Origin: Dipteris shenzhenensis
Lineage: Eukaryota
Length of the DNA stretch: 64,000 nucleotides
Strand: one strand, 5' to 3'
Assembly: GCA_047967505.1 (NCBI GenBank)
Contig: CM106538.1
The position numbers and the translations under genes were made by a program. Shown piece by piece: positions 1 through 12,200 of the stretch (the first letter of the stretch is position 1; every line of letters begins with the position of its first letter). The notes beneath the pieces were generated by a model. The model was not told the DNA's origin. It worked only from the letters and a program-made list of their open reading frames with translations, and searched no databases.

Positions 1-1566
1 GGATATGTCTTCTTTTACAATCTTCCAAAGCTTTTAATGCATCAAGAGAGACCTCATTTGTGTAGACCATGTACGAAATTTTTCCCTAGTAAACTTCTCA
101 ACAGTTGGGGTGTGTATTGCCATTGCAAAGGTCTTACCACTTGAAGAAACTTTCAAATCTAGAAGTGTCTAATTGCATATAGAAAACCTAAGTTGACAGG
201 CTCATAGAGCTTGAAAAATCAGTTATTTTTCCTTTTTGGAGCACATGCAAATTCTTTCTGGATTGAGAGTTATGCCTTGTCGAATTTTTTATCAAGAAAG
301 AAAAGGCATGATGATGTGGCATAGGGGTCATTCACATGCTGTAGATACACTGTGCATAGCAGGGGCTATGTGTCGAGGTGGCACTATGCCATGTGGCAAC
401 CTTCTAACCTAAGTTTGTTAACCCAAGGTTACACAAACTTAACCATGATTCAACTAAACCAAGAAACCTAACCCCGTTAACCACTCTAGTTACCATGTTT
501 TCAACCAAGGTAAAAAATGGAGCTGATGACATGGAAATGCCACTTGTCAGAAAAAGAGAGAACCACAGACATAAGGCATTTGATGGTGGAGGCAAGGCGT
601 CGCTATTGATGGCAGAGATCGATCGGTCGATTGCTGGAGTATTGGTCGACTGGTTGTGGGTGTTTCTAGGCTATGCATGTGGTGTAGCTTGGAGATGGCT
701 CTGCGATGAAGGCATCCGGTTGGCCCATTCATGGGTGCTATTGTAGAGCCGTTGCTTGGAGGTAGCTCTTTTAGAGGCTAGGAGCTCACGGGAGCTAAGA
801 GACATTGCAGAGTCGCTCGTTGAGGGAGCCATAGAAGTGGGTAGTTGGAGGTCTCGTTGCTGCTGTCAGTCCACCTCGCTGGCTGTTGAAGTAGGTCAAG
901 GGCTGTGGGAGTTGTTTGGGGCTATTGTTGTAGGGTCACATGTGAGCTTATGGAGCCATTAGGACGGCATTGGAGCAAGAGAGTTGTTAATGGTGGGCAA
1001 CTTTGCTAGCTTGAGTAGTTGACATTGTGAGCAGCCTCCTTTGTTGCAATCCATGTAGGAGCTAAGCCTTTGCTCTACTAAGCCTTGAGAGGGATGGCCG
1101 TCGAAGGAGACTTGTTGGAGAGGCTTAGCTTAGGAGCTTAGCTTAGTTAGCTACCCATTCGTTGTTGCTTGTATAAGCTTACTTGAGGAGTCAAGTTGCT
1201 GTAAAGCCTATGTGAGACTCGTTGGAGGCTACAGTCAGCTGAGTGCTGTGAAGGAGCAATCTCTAGATAGAGAAGCTCCTAAAAAACAAGGTTTGAGACC
1301 TCTCTCTCAGAATTGTCAGGGCTAATGCAAAAAATTGGATGCTATCTCTTCCTATTTCTCAATGAATCTCTCTCAATTCTCACAATGGAGTTCTTTCTCA
1401 AGGAAACGATATTCTGTCATGAACTAAGAAATCCCTTAGAAATCTCTCAAAATGAATGAAAATTTTCTCAAATGGACAGAAATTCTATTGAGCAAATGGA
1501 AATTCTCTCAACGAAAGAGAATCCTCACAATCACTCAAGAACACTCTCGATCTCTCGATCTCTCGA

Positions 1567-1569
<3 letters not shown>

Positions 1570-1619
<50 letters not shown>
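1570..1619. repeat. (CT)n microsatellite
   Basis: About 25 perfect CT units. Confidence 0.95.
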
Positions 1620-1627
<8 letters not shown>

Positions 1628-1673
1628 CAAGAATCGTAATGGCTTAGCGAAAGGCAAGGGAGCTCTGATACCA

Positions 1674-1948
1674 TGTAAAAAGGGAGGGATCTAGGAGGAT
1701 AGTGACACCATGAGAGACATAAGATAGGCATCACTCAATCTATTGCAAATATATATTCAACAATACATGATAGGCTTCTTATATAGAGAGAGCCTTTATA
1801 ATAGTCAACACTTCTCAGATCCTCTCATCCACATCTCTCCTTGTGGATATCCTTGATCCACATCTCCACATCCTAGGGTGGCTACTTTAATTCTTTCCTA
1901 TACCATACCTTAGCCTCTAATATGTGCTCATGGCACCATATCTCAACA
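1674..1948 (-). repeat. 5' LTR (275 bp)
   Basis: On the minus strand it starts TGTTGAGA and ends TTTTACA directly before the PBS. The partner LTR is not in the window. Confidence 0.65.
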
Positions 1949-2801
1949 GTAAGTGGACCCCAACCTCGAAACCTGGACTACCTAAGGATTCGACACTTTT
2001 TTCAATATTATGTTTGTCAAACTCAATATTATTAAAAAATTCTTAATTTTGATCGAAATTTTTGCAAACTCTAGTTGCATTTTTCAACTTAGATGTCTCA
2101 AACATTTTTTCCTTATAGGTTTTCCTTTTTTAAACTTTTTATCCACTTGATGGAATTAATTGTATGGCTCAATTATTGATGGGACTTTTTAATCTAAACA
2201 CACACTTTGATTTCCCAACTAGCCTTTGGTCAGACTAGTGCCATACAATTAATTCACATGCATGGATAATCCCTAGTTATGTTGTGATCCACCTTATCTT
2301 TTACTAACTTTTATATCTATTTTGCAGAAGTGGTTTACGCATTTACTATTTGCATTATTTTTTCATTTTGACACTTATCATATAGATCCACTTTTATTCA
2401 CTCGTTATCAATAGGTGGGGAGTAAGCTACACATGGTGGGCTTACTCCCCACCATGTGGTCTTACCCTCTAGGTTGGGGGTGGGCCACACACACACACAC
2501 ATGAATACTTCCCTAACTATGAATTATTCTTTTGTGTACCCCCATAAAATCTTCCCTTTACACTTTCTTTTTAGCCACCCCACATACCAAGCCCACTAAT
2601 CGTCCCATACCTTCTCTAATCCCTTCTTAATCCATGCACTCATTCGCTCCTTACTCCACTTGTGACTTAAGCATCACCTTAAGAATCCATATGGTTGTCT
2701 ATATTCTTAGATAAAGCGATAACAAGCCAGGGAAAACAGGGATTACCTGTCTACCCAAATAAAACTATTATGTTCTAACACCTAGTTTGTTTGGATGATT
2801 G

Positions 2802-5800
2802 TGAGACTGCTCTCAACGGAAGCAAGAACAGAAGAGGGAGAGAGAGAGACAGAGAGCCACACAAGTTTTGGTGGGTGCAGAACACCCCTAATCTTCTTTT
2901 TCATTCATTTATATATGTGTTTGAGTATTGTACATAACCAGGGTAAAGGCACAATGACCTTTAACCCCCACAACCTCCCACTTAAAGGACGATGTGCCTT
3001 TAAGGGAGAACAACCAGTAAGCATACTATCCAATGCCCATTAATACACGACAATACTCAAACCGCTGTCTAGGTAGACTCTTTGTCAGCATATCTACAGG
3101 GTTATCATCTATATGAACCTTGACAAGCTCTATGCGCTTGTCCTCAAGTACCTCCCTAATGAAATGGTACCTGATCTCAATGTGTTTGGTCTTTGCATGG
3201 AAGACCGGATTCCGTGCTAGCTAAATAGCACTCATGGAATCACTATGCAATGTCGGTACACCTGTATGAATCCCCAAATCTCCCACTAGCTGATAAAGCC
3301 ATATAGCCTCCTTGTAACCCTCTGTGGCTAGAACATACTTAGCCTCTGTGGTAGACAAAGCAACGCACTTCTGTGCACGAGACATCCACGACACTGCACC
3401 ACCTACAAAGGTGAACACATAACAAGAAGTGGATCTCCTACTATCCACATGCCCTGCATAGTCTGAATCTATGTACCTAAGTGTACACACATGTCTCCTC
3501 TACCAAAGCATATGCACATCTCCTTGGTACCCTTCATGTACCTCATGATGCACTTAACTGCCTCCCAATGCCTCTTTCCTGGATCAGCCATATACCGGCT
3601 AACAACTCCCACTGCAAATGCAACGTCTAGTCTAGTAGCTATCATAGCATACATAAGACTCCCAACTGCTGATGCATAAGGAACCTTGGCCATCATGGCC
3701 CTTTTCTCATTTGATTTGGGACTATCTGTATGACTCAATTTCACATATGGAGGCAATGGAGTACTCACTGCCTTCCCCCCCGCCATATTGAAACGCTGCA
3801 ATACTTTTGTAACATACTCTTTTTGTGAAAGCCAAAGGAGTTTCCTACTCCGATCACACGTGATGCGCATACCAAGAATATGACCTACAAGTTTCAAATC
3901 CTTCATATCAAAGGCCTCATGCAACTTGGCCTTTCATTCTTGCTAGCCAATAGCATATCATCCACATATAGTGCCAAGATTATCAGGCTATTATCCTTAG
4001 CCCTTTTAGTGTAGAGGCAGTGATCAATTTCACTCCTTCTAAAACCTTGGGACCGAATGAAAGCATCAAACTTGTGATACCATTCTCTAGGCGCTTGCTT
4101 AAGGCCATAGAGACTCTTCTTTAGCTTGAAAACTAAATGCTCTTTGCCCTTTTCTTCAAAGCCTTTCAGTTGCACCATGTAAATTTCCTCATGCAAATCC
4201 CCATGCAAGAAAGCTGTCTTGACATCCATCTGCATAAGCTCCATATCCTCTGATGCCACTAGTCCAAGCATGCATCTAAGTGTGGTCATCTTCACAACTG
4301 GAGAGAATATCTCATCAAAGTCCACACCCTTCTCTTGCTTGAACCCTTTAGCAACCAAACGGGCCTTGTACCTAGGCACATCATCACCTGTGACCTTCAT
4401 TTTGTAGACCCATTTACATGGCAATGCTTTCTTTCCATGTGGCAAAGAAACCAAGTCCCAAGTCTTATTCTTCATAAGTGAACTCATCTTTGATTGCATA
4501 GCATACTCCCACTTGCGTTGATCCTCGCACATCATAGCCTCTCTTTAGCAAGAAGACTCCCCACAATCAGTAAGCATCACATAGTCTACCCCTGGAACAA
4601 ACCTATCAGGCGGTCTAGACATTTCCACATCCCTCATGGGTGCCTTATGCATCTTCTTCTCATTGAAGACTACATCATGTCTGCGTATGATCTTCTTTGC
4701 TTCTGGATCCCAGAGACGATAGCCCATCTCTCCACTTTCACCATAACCCAGAAAATTGCATTTCCTAGACCTAGGATCTAGCTTCTTTCGAAGCTCTTTT
4801 GGCACATGTGCATATGCCTCACACCCAAATATACGCAAATGAGAGTAAGAGGGCTTCTTGCCACTCCATGCCTCTTCAAGAATACCACCATCCAAACTCT
4901 TACTAGGTGATCTATTGATCACATGCACTACAGTCTTCATTGCCTCAGCCCAAAAACCACCAAAAAGACTTCCATTGGAAAGCATGCATTGCAACCTTTC
5001 TTGAATGGTACGGTTCATCTTTTCTGCAATTGGATTTTGCTCTGGAGTACGAGGGGATGTGAGCTCTCTTAATCCCAAGTGTATCACAGAAATGCTAAAA
5101 GTCATGAGAGAGATACTCTCCACCATTGTCAGTCCGTAGGCATTTAAGCATTCTACCTGACTGATTCGCAACCAAGGCCAACCATTTCTGAAATACCTGG
5201 AACACATCACTCTTCCGAGCTATAGCATAAGCCCACACTTTCCTAGTTGCATCATCAATGAATGTCACATAGTACTCAGCCCCGCCTAATGACTGTGTAG
5301 GCATGGGACCACATACGTCTGAATGCACCAAATCAAGCTTTTCAAACTCTTTCTTTCCCCTTCTTTTATGGGCTGATTTAGTCTGCTTCCAATAGAGACA
5401 GTGCTCACAAAATTCAAAATCAGAGAAACTCAAATGCAATACATAACCCAAATGGCATAAAAGTTTCATTCCATTCTGGCTCATGTGCCCTAACCTGCAA
5501 TGCCACAAAGAAGTGCTTGGTTGCTCGGTTATTGCAACAACATGATCAAATACCCCTGATACATGTAAGGGATACAAAGTCCCACACTTGGCACCCCTGG
5601 CCAAAAGCATAGAGCCCTTCTGAATTTTCCAACTCTGAAAGCCAAAAGTGGTGTGAAAACCAGCATCATCTAGCTGACCCACTGAAATAAGACTCTTGGG
5701 TCTTACATGTTTCAAAATAAATGCAGACCCATTTGCAAAAGAAAACTTTATGTCACCTACTCCCACTATGTCACATGCATAGTCATTTCCAAGATGCACA

Positions 5801-7156
5801 CAACTTGTCTTTCCACTGTCATAAGTGGAGAACCATTCCCTATGGGGAGTAACATGGAATGAAGCACCAGAATCCAAAATCCAATCCTAGGAATATGCAT
5901 CATTTGAAGTGGTAAGCAACTTTGCAAATAAAGTAAACATGAAGAGAACGTCATTGTCACTATCATGTGTGACTGCATTGATCTCCTCGATCTTCACTTT
6001 TCCTTTGTCCTCCCTTAGACTCTCTTTCTTTTGATTTGCACCCCAATTTGCATTCTTTTTCTTATCCTTTTGCTCTCTTTTCAGGTTGTAGCAATCCTTT
6101 TTCATATGGCCCTTCTTGCGACAGTGGTAACACTCAATGTTCCATGCCCTGGATTTGTTACAAGACTTCCCTCTTTCTTGGGACTTCCCCCTGAATTGTG
6201 ATCTACCCCTTTGCACATTTAAGGCTCCATCCTGCTTATTGCCATCCGTGGACTTCCGTCTAACCAGGTGCAGAGTTACTGATAGCTGTACGGAAGGTAT
6301 CCCATGAGGATGGCAATGAACATAAGAGAAATATTGCCTTAGTCTTCGCATCAAAATTCATCTTCTGAGCCTGAAGCTGGCTAAAAATAATATTGAATTC
6401 ACTCAAGTGAGAAGCAATGAAGACCCCTTCCTTCATCTGCAGGTCAAACAACCTCTTCATGAGGTAAACTTTATTAGAGGTAGTTTCCTTCTCATAAGTG
6501 GCACACAGTTTCTTCCACAAATCTTCCATAGTCTGCTCATTTACTACTGTGAAATAAATTGACTCTGCAAGATGAAGTCTAATAGTAGATTTTGCTAATG
6601 CATCCAACTCATTCCAATCATCCTCAGACATATTTGCAGGCTTAGCTTCAATCCCTACCAAGGGTTTAATCTGCTTCTTTTGAATAAGCACATCCCTTAT
6701 TTGTTCTTTCCACAAAGAAAAGTTTGTCCCATCAGACTTTTTAATGCCAGAAATCTCCTTTTCAGACATGGAAGAGGATGCTATGATGCAAATAAAGCAA
6801 AATCCCAAATGCTAGTGCCTGCAAGAGAGAATCACACCAAATACCAGGTGCACCCAAATGTGTATGCCACAATAGAGTGAAATATCACCAAAACTCATGT
6901 CTCATAGCATCTGACTCATGTGCATATACTATGCATCTAAGCATTCATGCACGCTCAGCTAGATCACCCGGGCTCTGATGTTAGTTGAGAGTGCTCTTAA
7001 CAGAAGCAAGAACGGAAGAGGGAGAGAGAAAGATAGAGAGCCACACAAGTTTTGGTGGGTGCAAAACCACCCTAATCTTCTTTTTCATTTATTTATATAT
7101 GTGTTTGAGTATTGTACATAACTAGGGTAAAGGCACAATGACCTTTAACCCCCACA
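2802..7156 (-). mobile_element. Full-length Ty1/Copia LTR retrotransposon with short (171 bp) LTRs, inactivated
   Basis: LTRs at 2802-2972 and 6986-7156. TSD GATTG at 2797-2801 and 7157-7161. PPT (acctcccact on +) at 2973-2982; degenerate PBS gctctgatgtta at ~6972-6983. Domain order gag-PR-INT-RT-RH. Confidence 0.95.
3060..6769 (-). pseudogene. Frameshifted Copia gag-pol polyprotein
   Basis: ORF pieces: gag (DGTNFSLWKEQIRDVL), zinc knuckle CYHCRKKGHMKKDC, protease DSGASFH, integrase LWHCRLGH...HSDVCGP...RTDNGGEY, RT QMDVKTAFLHG / LYVDDML, RNase H DSDYAG...STTEA. Confidence 0.93.
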
Positions 7157-7194
7157 GATTGCAAGTAAGTGGACCCCGACCTTGGAACATGGAC

Positions 7195-8280
7195 TCTCTC
7201 TAGCGTCAAATTCCACCCGCAATGCATCATGAAACCCCCCATCGCCCTATGTGCCAGCACCCTCCTCTGCGGCGCCCACCCCCTAACCACCACCACCTTG
7301 CCCTTCGTCCTCTCAAACCCTTCTAGTAGCATAGTCTTCACATCTCCCTCCATGTCTTGGGTGGTGGGGGTATCCTTACTACCCACATGAAGCGATGATG
7401 GCTCGCCTCTAGCCCCATCGCCAGCTCTCGCATCTGTTTCGCAGCCATGCTTGCAATGGTTTTGAATGCTACATATAGAAGTGACGAGTCCGGTTGCTTG
7501 TCCAGCCACTCCAAGCACTCCCGATCAGATTCATTCACTTTTCCTTTGTCGGAATGAGTAATGGCAGAAGTGGCCCGATGGCTTTGATATCTAGTGCTTT
7601 TGTACCTCATCTTAGACTTTCGATAGTTTCCTACTCCAGCTCATAGATTGTGTTGATCAGCACCCCCGTTGCATCACTAAGAGAGATCCAAGTCAGATCA
7701 TAAACTCGAACGAGCACAGTGTGTTTGGGTCCCATGCCACCTTAGGAAGCTTTGAGGCATGAAGGGGCGGAAAGCCTGGTAAATGGAACAGATCAAATGT
7801 AGCAAAAACGTCAGTAGCAGAGCGAAGCGACCTTGAGAGGCGAAGTCTGGAATATGGGCTATGAAAGACAGAAAAATAGCAGACATAGGGAAGAATATAT
7901 ACACAGGAATGCTGCACTTCTTGGCCCCAATCCACCATAGCCCACTGTCGTAGATGATACTAACATGCCCTGCATTGGTTTTTGACTTGACCAAAAACTC
8001 CTCGAACACTTTGGCCATCTTTTCAGTCGCATCTATCACACCTCTAAGTTGCTCTTCACTATCGTTGCACTTTTTCTCCGAGGGTAATCCATCTGGCAAT
8101 CCAACCAGGCATATCGGGACATCCTCTTGCATTTGCACATGTGAAATGTAATGCTCAGTGCAGAGGAAGGTGATAGAGAGCCCACTAGAGGCCAGTTTAT
8201 GGGACAACCAAATCCAAGGCAGCATTGATGTGCCCTTAAGCCAGGAATGCACAAACGATCATGTGGGCAAACTCACCCAT
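7195..8280 (-). pseudogene. Family-1 UDP-glycosyltransferase (UGT) pseudogene, 3'-truncated within the PSPG box
   Basis: ATG at 8280 reads MGEFAHMIVCAFLA*GHINAA (premature TAA at the usual Q-G-H). Then [27 protein letters not shown] and the PSPG box [27 protein letters not shown] in several frames; homology stops there. Confidence 0.9.
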
Positions 8281-9112
8281 GAGACCTTGTGATATGAATG
8301 AGCTGAATGCTTGAAACATGGGTGATAAGCAAACTTGGAGCATGGAGGAGCTTCTGATATAGAGGTACAAATAGGTGCGGTATTTATCATTTCAGAATCC
8401 AAAATTATAAATAAGGTTTTATGCTAGCAAAGTCATCAATTTTGGAATATTTATTGGTACTGGAAGTTGGAATCCTAAATAAAGTTCAATATTTATTGGT
8501 ATTGCATTTTAGAATCCAATTTTAATGAATAAAGTTCACGTGCTATCAAACTCATCAATTTTACACTATTTATTGGTATTGGAAATTCAAATCCACTTTT
8601 TAAAATAAGTTCACATGGTGAAACCTCATCCCTACATATGAAAGTGGCATCTCTTGTTGGTACAAGTGAATGTGCATGTGCACTTCTTGTGCATCCTTAA
8701 AGAATATTGGTACAAGTCGAGGGAAGTCACTCTACATGACATGCATTCAAGGCTAAATCTTTTATCTGTGAACATTGTATGACTAAAAAATACAATTCTC
8801 TATATAAACATGAAACTTTCTTTAAAAGACATTTTCATAACAGTGCTCTGTAAACATATAGTCACATTTTTTCTATGTGATTGCCCCAAGATACAAGTGA
8901 ATGCGCATATGCAACTCTCATGCATTCTCAAAGAATATTACAAGTGGAGGTACAAAGTGTAAGGTAGAGGCATATTGTTGTGCATTTAATTTTTGAAAAC
9001 ATGAGGGGGCTCAAAATTCTTAGAATGATGTGGGATGTAAGAGGTGTCTTTACCCTTATAGAGGGAACACCTAGGGTGGAAGTAAATGTGCAATCAATAG
9101 AGAGAAAGTACA

Positions 9113-9205
9113 TGCGCATCTATCACACCTCTAAGTTGCTCTTCACTATCGCTGCTACTCTTCTCCGGGGGTAATCTAGATTTGGCAATCCAACTAGGGC
9201 ATAGC
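9113..9205 (-). pseudogene. Isolated ~90 bp duplicate fragment of the UGT N-terminal region
   Basis: gcatctatcacacctctaagttgctcttcactatcg...ggcaatccaac matches 8029-8110 (SEEQLRGVIDA peptide). Confidence 0.8.
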
Positions 9206-9299
9206 ACTATGTCCTTCCCAATATCATATGTTCTTCGAGTATCTTTATGGGGAGAACATGAAAAAACAATTAGTTTCAAGTCCACATACCCCAATATAC

Positions 9300-12200
9300 T
9301 TAAGAGTTGATTGCTGATTTCCCAAATTGAAGCAACAATAAGGGTTAGGGGTACTTGTGGTGCTTCCTATACTTTGCTAGGGATGAAGTTATAGCTTGCT
9401 TCTAGATCCACGAGTGCCTTAATGCTTGTACTTGGACCCTACAATTGGACACTCAACCTAGCTCGGTCTATTGTTAGTTGCTTGGTAGGTCCTAGGTATT
9501 CTACTGTTGCCTTAAACAAGTTCATTTGCTTTTGTTGTCTAATTTTGGCATTACGTGCCTTGGCTTCTTTGATGGCCTAGCGTTTCATCTGGCTACCTTG
9601 GCCTTGAACTCCTTTTCCCTATGTATGGCTTGGAGGGTTTGTAGAGTGAGGGGGTTGTAGTATCTTTTCAATTTGCTACCATTAAGGTAGCCATCCATCT
9701 CCACTCCATCTAAAGTAACTGTTTAGAACATGCCTTGCGAAGTGTTCTCCACTACACAGTAGGGACCCATGCCCCTATATTTTGGTTTGTGCTTGGTGTT
9801 ACAGATGCTATAGAGGAGTGCTAGGTCTCCCTCCTTGAGGTCTTTGCTCTTGAGGTTGCAGTCGAACAATTTTTTACGCCTTGCCTTCTCCACTCGAAGG
9901 CAATAGGCTGCATGCAATCTGGTTTCATCTAGTCATTCAAGATTAATTAAGCACTTTGCCAAGGCATTTTTGGTAAGCCTTTCCTTGACCGTGATGGGAA
10001 GGCTGGGTACTACATACTCCATTGGCATAACCGTCTCCAGCCCAAGGGGGTGTAGTTCGTTGCCACCTTGTAAGATGTTCGATAGGCCCACAATGTTGCG
10101 ATGAGCTTGTGCGCCCAGTCGGTACGATTGGCTTCGACTTGGCTTCGACTCTGCAAGTTATAATCTTGTAGCATGTTTTGTTTGAGATCTCAGCCACAGG
10201 CTATTTGCCCTGGGATAGTATGGCATCGACTTCTTATGTAGTTGTAATGACTTGTTTGTATAAAAACTTAGCCATCGCTCAAGGGTTGTTATTTGAAATC
10301 CTATTCTTTCTGGGACGTCCATGTTTGCCAAAATGTGCATCCAATTATGAGAAAACTCTGGCTTGGGGAGAGGGGCATACCAAAATTCATTTGCCTCCTT
10401 CTCATCACCTTCTCTCTCACAAGTTTGGAATAGTTTTAGGGATGTGTTCTCGTCGGTTGTGTTGGATTCCGTGGCAAATGGGTATCCTAATAGTGGGTGG
10501 GACTTGTATGTACGCAAGTCCACTCACACGATTTGCTCCTCATGCCATAAATATATGTTGTCAATGTGCCAATCATGTATGAGTCTGGACATTTGCAGGA
10601 AGAGCTTGCCTGGAATGGCTTCATATTTGGGCTCTTGGGTAAAGTCCATGACCACAAACCGAACAAGGTTCGTGAAGCCAAATACTTTAATGTTAATACC
10701 CATGAGAACTCCCAGGGGTTTAGCAGTTCCATCGTCAGCTAGCTTTACCACTAGATGGGTTTGCTCAAGAGAAGGCTTTCCGTACCTATCCCAACATTCC
10801 TTGGTGCAGACAATCACACCCGCTCCCCCATCCAGGATGGTGTCAACCTTTTGGTTCTTGTAGGTTATGGGGATAGCTGCATTAGTATCATCACCTTCGA
10901 ACTACTGGCCTAACTTATTGATGGGGACCTTGGGTAGGTTCTGGCTCTCATCCTGTGGTTGGTCAACTTCGGGGTTGGTAGGACCTTGGGATTGGAGTTG
11001 CCCATTCATCCAGTTTGAGAGGTCTCACTAGAGGGAAGGATTCCCTCCTAGCAAGGATGCGATTGGCATCTTGACCTCTGCAAAGAGGAGGGCTACTAAC
11101 CTGGCACTATCGCGAAGGGGTTCATCAGGAGGTAGAGGAGGTGGCAAGGGTGACTGTCTCCTCATCTAGACCATCTTGGATGAGCACTTGGTTCGTTCCT
11201 TTGCCCACTCTAGTGACCTTCTTGGACCTGGGTTGTGGGAGTTGGGGAGCGTCAAGATTTTGTGACATAAACATTTTGTCCTCCTTGTCTGCTTCTTCAT
11301 TTTCTTGCCTATGGCCCTTGCCTGCATCCTTGTGATGACCTTAGAGCGCACTACCACTACTTGACCCTGTTCAATACTTAGCAAATTGATGCTAGTACTC
11401 TTGGGCAGGATGGCCAAAGTTGCTGGTCTCCTAGGGGGGCAATCCTTGAATAAATGCTCCACTCTACACCCAGCACACAAGGGCATGGGGCCTATTGTGG
11501 GTGGAACCACCGGGGTAAGATCCCTATATGGACAGTCCTTTAAAAAATGCAGCCCTTGGCATTTAAAGTATGACACAGGGTGTTTGCTTAGCCCTTATAT
11601 GGGCATTTGCTTGCTCTATATGGACCTTGGCATGTATAGCATTGGATTAGGGGCCTTCATGCTAAGGAGTTCATGTCTCTTGTCCTCGCGGCCACAAGCA
11701 GCATTGTCTGGGACATGTTGATCCTCATGTAGGAGGTAGTGACTTATGATGCCCCTTACCTCCTCATAAGGGCAATAGTTTGGATGTCCGCGATCATGTT
11801 CGTCTCCTCCCAATCATTAGGTAGTTCTTCCACCAATACTTGGTTGACTAGAGTTATACAAGTTAGGGGCGGTTGCGGGCCCAGTATGGGTGGTAGTAAG
11901 GGAGACTGTTGTGCCCTATATTGCCCTAGATTGGCTAGAGGGGCTCCTTGTGCATTCATCAGAATGGGTGGGACCATCATGGCTAATTGGAGTCTTGGCT
12001 GCTGATAGATCGGTTGGGGAAGGACCTTCAAAAATTGGCATTGGGAGGTGTTGTGGTTTTCCCATCTATTGCAGTGTGCACAGTAGAGGGCTTACCTTGC
12101 CCTGAGGCAGGGACACTCATTGGAGGGGTGATTGCTGCCGTTGCATAATTCGCACCAAATATTGTCCCTCCTAGGGAATAAGTGGGGGTTACTCAGTGTT

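Larger units (their letters stand above)
1..1948 (-). mobile_element. 5' end (LTR, PBS, leader) of an LTR retrotransposon that continues left of the window
   Basis: gctctgatacca at 1662-1673 (reverse complement of the tRNA-iMet PBS) abuts a TG...CA bounded 275-bp segment at 1674-1948. No recognisable coding domain in the visible leader. Confidence 0.7.
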
